Part shown: in pieces, positions 61,703 to 64,000 of the stretch
Layout: the number at the start of each line of letters is the position of its first letter
How positions within the stretch are numbered: the first letter of the stretch is position 1
Origin: Streptosporangiaceae bacterium
Lineage (GTDB): Bacteria; Actinomycetota; Actinomycetes; Streptosporangiales; Streptosporangiaceae
DNA length: 64,000 nt
Assembly (NCBI GenBank): GCA_035517035.1
Contig: DATIZP010000022.1
Span: forward strand, 13,605-77,604
Reading direction: 5' to 3'
The notes under the pieces: model-generated
Told to the model about the DNA's origin: nothing
Seen by the model: only the letters and a program-made list of their open reading frames with translations
The model's database searches: none
Made by a program: the position numbers and the translations under genes

Positions 61703-62689
61703 TCAGGACCTGTCGGGGTTCGGCCTGGTCGGACCGCTGCCGGGTTCGGGATCTGACCGGCCGGACTTAGGTCGCCGGGAGCCAGGCGACGGCTGATCGG
61801 GATTCGGCGCCCCCGAGCCGGTCGGCCCGGTGGCACGCGTCCCGCGATCGCCACGGCCCACCGCGGCGTGCTCGGTTCGCCCGCTATCCTCCGTCCCGGC
61901 CGCACCCGGCGTCGCCGGCCCACCAGCGCCACCGCCCTGACCACCGCCGTGGCCAGCGCCGACCCGGCCCGCAGCGTCCTGCCTGCCGCGCTGGTAGGCG
62001 GCCACCTGGTGGGTCGTCTCCCGCTCCGCGGAGTCGAGTATCCGCTCCCACCGGGACTGCATCGGCCTGACCAGGCCGCCGCCCACGCCGATGGCGACGA
62101 TCGCGGCGACCGTCGCGAGGCCGGCGATCAGCACGGGCTCGGTCACGGTCGTGGCGATGTCGGCCTGGTTCAGCGCGGCGATGACGCCGAGGATGATCAC
62201 CACCACCGACGCGGCGCCGGCTAGGAACGGGCCGTACGAGAGCCCGCCGATCGCGCCATTGATCAGGTCCTTGACGACCTTGGCGATCGCCGAGGCGATG
62301 ATGATGATCGCGATCGCCACGATGGCCTTGGGCAGCCACCCCACCACGGCCGTGAGCAGCACGGAGATCGGGTTCGGCCCGAACACCCCGAAGGCCATCT
62401 GCAGCACGAACAGCAAGATCATGTAGTAGATGATCTTGCCGACGAGCGTGCTGGCGTCCCAGCGGCCGCGGGAGAGCGCCTGGCCGACGGCACCGCGCTC
62501 GGCGAACCGGTTGAACCCGATCCGCTGCAAGCCCTTGGTGATCAGGCGCCCGATCACCCACGCGATGAAGCCACCGACGATCAGGATCAGCAGGAACACG
62601 GCGATCTTCGGGATCGCGTGCGCGATCGTGTTGATCAGGTTCTGAAGACTCTGGCCGAAGTTGACGGAGACCGCCAAGGCATGCGGCAT
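61703..62689 (-). CDS. conserved TM-helix repeat membrane protein (CmpX-like, mechanosensitive-channel related)
   Basis: ORF 61703..62710 trimmed to ATG 62689. It has repeated TM segments with IPKIAVFLLILIVGGFIA-type helices and a disordered Gly/Pro-rich C-terminus. Confidence 0.6.
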   Translation of the reverse strand: MPHALAVSVNFGQSLQNLINTIAHAIPKIAVFLLILIVGGFIAWVIGRLITKGLQRIGFNRFAERGAVGQALSRGRWDASTLVGKIIYYMILLFVLQMAFGVFGPNPISVLLTAVVGWLPKAIVAIAIIIIASAIAKVVKDLINGAIGGLSYGPFLAGAASVVVIILGVIAALNQADIATTVTEPVLIAGLATVAAIVAIGVGGGLVRPMQSRWERILDSAERETTHQVAAYQRGRQDAAGRVGAGHGGGQGGGAGGPATPGAAGTEDSGRTEHAAVGRGDRGTRATGPTGSGAPNPDQPSPGSRRPKSGRSDPEPGSGPTRPNPDRS

Positions 62690-62890
62690 GGAACCCCCCT
62701 GTCCCTGCACACCCCGTAGGCAATGACCGCAGGGCGCAATTTGATCACTGCGCCCCGTTCATGCCCGCGCGGTCCGGCAGATATGCCCCCGCCAGCCGAA
62801 CAGGCCCCACCCCAGCCCACCTCCGCTCGCGCCACGTAGGCACAATCGCCGGCGGCCAGCCTGGCCGAAGTCCCGCCCCGGGCGACCTGG

Positions 62891-64000
62891 TTAGCTCTCC
62901 CGGCTCGCGCGAGCCCTGATCCTGGCGCGCTCCTTGGCGTCGAGCACGGTCTTGCGCAACCGGATCGTCGTCGGCGTCACCTCGGCGCACTCGTCGTCCG
63001 CGCAGAACTCAAGCGCCTGCTCCAGGCTCAGCGCCCTCGGTGGCATCAGCCGCTCAAGCTCCTCTCCGGTGGACTGGCGCATGTTGGTGAGCCTCTTTTC
63101 CCGCGCGATGTTCACGTCCATGTCGTCGGACCGGGAGTTCTGGCCCACGATCATGCCCTCGTAGACCTCGGTCCCCGGTTCGACGAACAGCGTGCCGCGC
63201 TCCTGCAGCGAGAACATCGCGTAGGCGGTGGCGACCCCGGAGCGGTCGGCCACCAGCGACCCGGTGGCCCGCACCCGCATCGGCCCGGCCCACGGCTCGT
63301 ACCGCTCGAACACATGGTGCGCGATCCCCGTGCCACGGGTGTCGGTCAGGAACTGAGTACGGAACCCGATCAGCCCCCGCGCGGGCACCATGAAGTCGAG
63401 CCTGATCCAGCCGGTCCCGTGGTTCGTCATGTGCTCGAGCCTGCCCTTGCGCGCCGCGAGCAGCGCCGTGACGGTCCCGAGGTACTCCTCGGGCGCGTCG
63501 ATCGTCAGCCGCTCGACCGGCTCGTGCAGCCTGCCGTCGATCTCGCGGGTCACCACGGTGGGCCGGCCCACGGTCAGCTCGTAACCCTCCCGCCGCATCG
63601 TCTCGACCAGGATGGCCAGCGCCAGCTCGCCGCGACCCTGTACCTCCCAGGTGTCCGGCCGCTCGGTCGGCAGCACCCTGATCGACACGTTGCCGACCAG
63701 CTCGGAGTCCAGCCGGTCCCGCACCATCCTGGCGGTGACCTTGGTGGCGCCGCGCCCGCCGGGCTTGGCCGACGCGCCGGCCGCGCCCGAGGCACCGGTC
63801 GGCCCCCCTCCGCGGCCGACCAGCGGCGAGGTGTTCACGCCGATCGTCATCGAGATCGCTGGCTCGTCCACGGTGATCAGCGGCAGCGGCAGCGGATCCT
63901 CAGGGTCGGCGAGCGTCTCGCCGATCATGATCTCGTCGATGCCGGCGACCGCGATGATGTCCCCGGCGGATGCGGTGGCCGCCGGGACTCGCTCGAGGGC
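62891..64000 (-). CDS. typA: translational GTPase TypA/BipA (5-prime part outside window)
   Basis: C-terminal two-thirds align by eye to E. coli BipA ([62 protein letters not shown]). The frame stays open to the window edge. Confidence 0.9.
   Translation of the reverse strand, partial: ALERVPAATASAGDIIAVAGIDEIMIGETLADPEDPLPLPLITVDEPAISMTIGVNTSPLVGRGGGPTGASGAAGASAKPGGRGATKVTARMVRDRLDSELVGNVSIRVLPTERPDTWEVQGRGELALAILVETMRREGYELTVGRPTVVTREIDGRLHEPVERLTIDAPEEYLGTVTALLAARKGRLEHMTNHGTGWIRLDFMVPARGLIGFRTQFLTDTRGTGIAHHVFERYEPWAGPMRVRATGSLVADRSGVATAYAMFSLQERGTLFVEPGTEVYEGMIVGQNSRSDDMDVNIAREKRLTNMRQSTGEELERLMPPRALSLEQALEFCADDECAEVTPTTIRLRKTVLDAKERARIRARASRES

Overview
This is a very GC-rich actinobacterial chromosome segment with strong third-position G/C bias. 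Long Arg/Pro/Ala-rich shadow ORFs occur on most non-coding frames. I support about 63 protein genes and found no rRNA, tRNA, CRISPR array, transposase or integrase.

Most of the window is conserved housekeeping synteny. From memory, these blocks are scattered in Mycobacterium and Streptomyces genomes:
- pruA
- nagA plus a SIS isomerase
- ku
- TetR, DUF3107 and a DEAD-box helicase
- PD-(D/E)XK nuclease, MBL and PHP genes
- mrp, tatB and the sigE/anti-sigma module
- pepA
- dapD, fdxA and dapC
- a DDAH-like gene with rocD
- mshB
- the sdh1-type succinate dehydrogenase genes
- uppP
- typA

The accessory-looking parts are:
- an orphan vsr
- a WhiJ-type regulatory module (XRE/DUF5753, DUF397, an HATPase protein and an extra DUF397-like gene) at 28.3-32.0 kb
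- an RHH-PIN toxin-antitoxin pair directly upstream of a compact atuC/F/E/A-like acyl-CoA carboxylase operon at 42.2-49.5 kb
- a large STAND-like ATPase regulator at 50.0-52.1 kb

The most unusual signal is non-coding. Two inverted copies of a roughly 0.4 kb element sit 25 kb apart, at 24.1-24.55 kb and 49.48-49.86 kb. Each has terminal inverted repeats, its own internal 20-bp tandem repeats, and an identical 63-bp AT-richer core with a promoter-like TTGATG-N16-CAGAAT motif.

Other notable patterns:
- recurrent in-frame 15-bp tandem duplications in many unrelated genes
- low-complexity insertions in UppP and TypA
- a 19-bp intergenic repeat array
- a hexanucleotide microsatellite paired with its inverted complement
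- a 21-bp-stem hairpin
- two genes that seem to need an ATC start codon behind a perfect GGAGG

All family assignments rest on motif recognition by eye. No database search was run.
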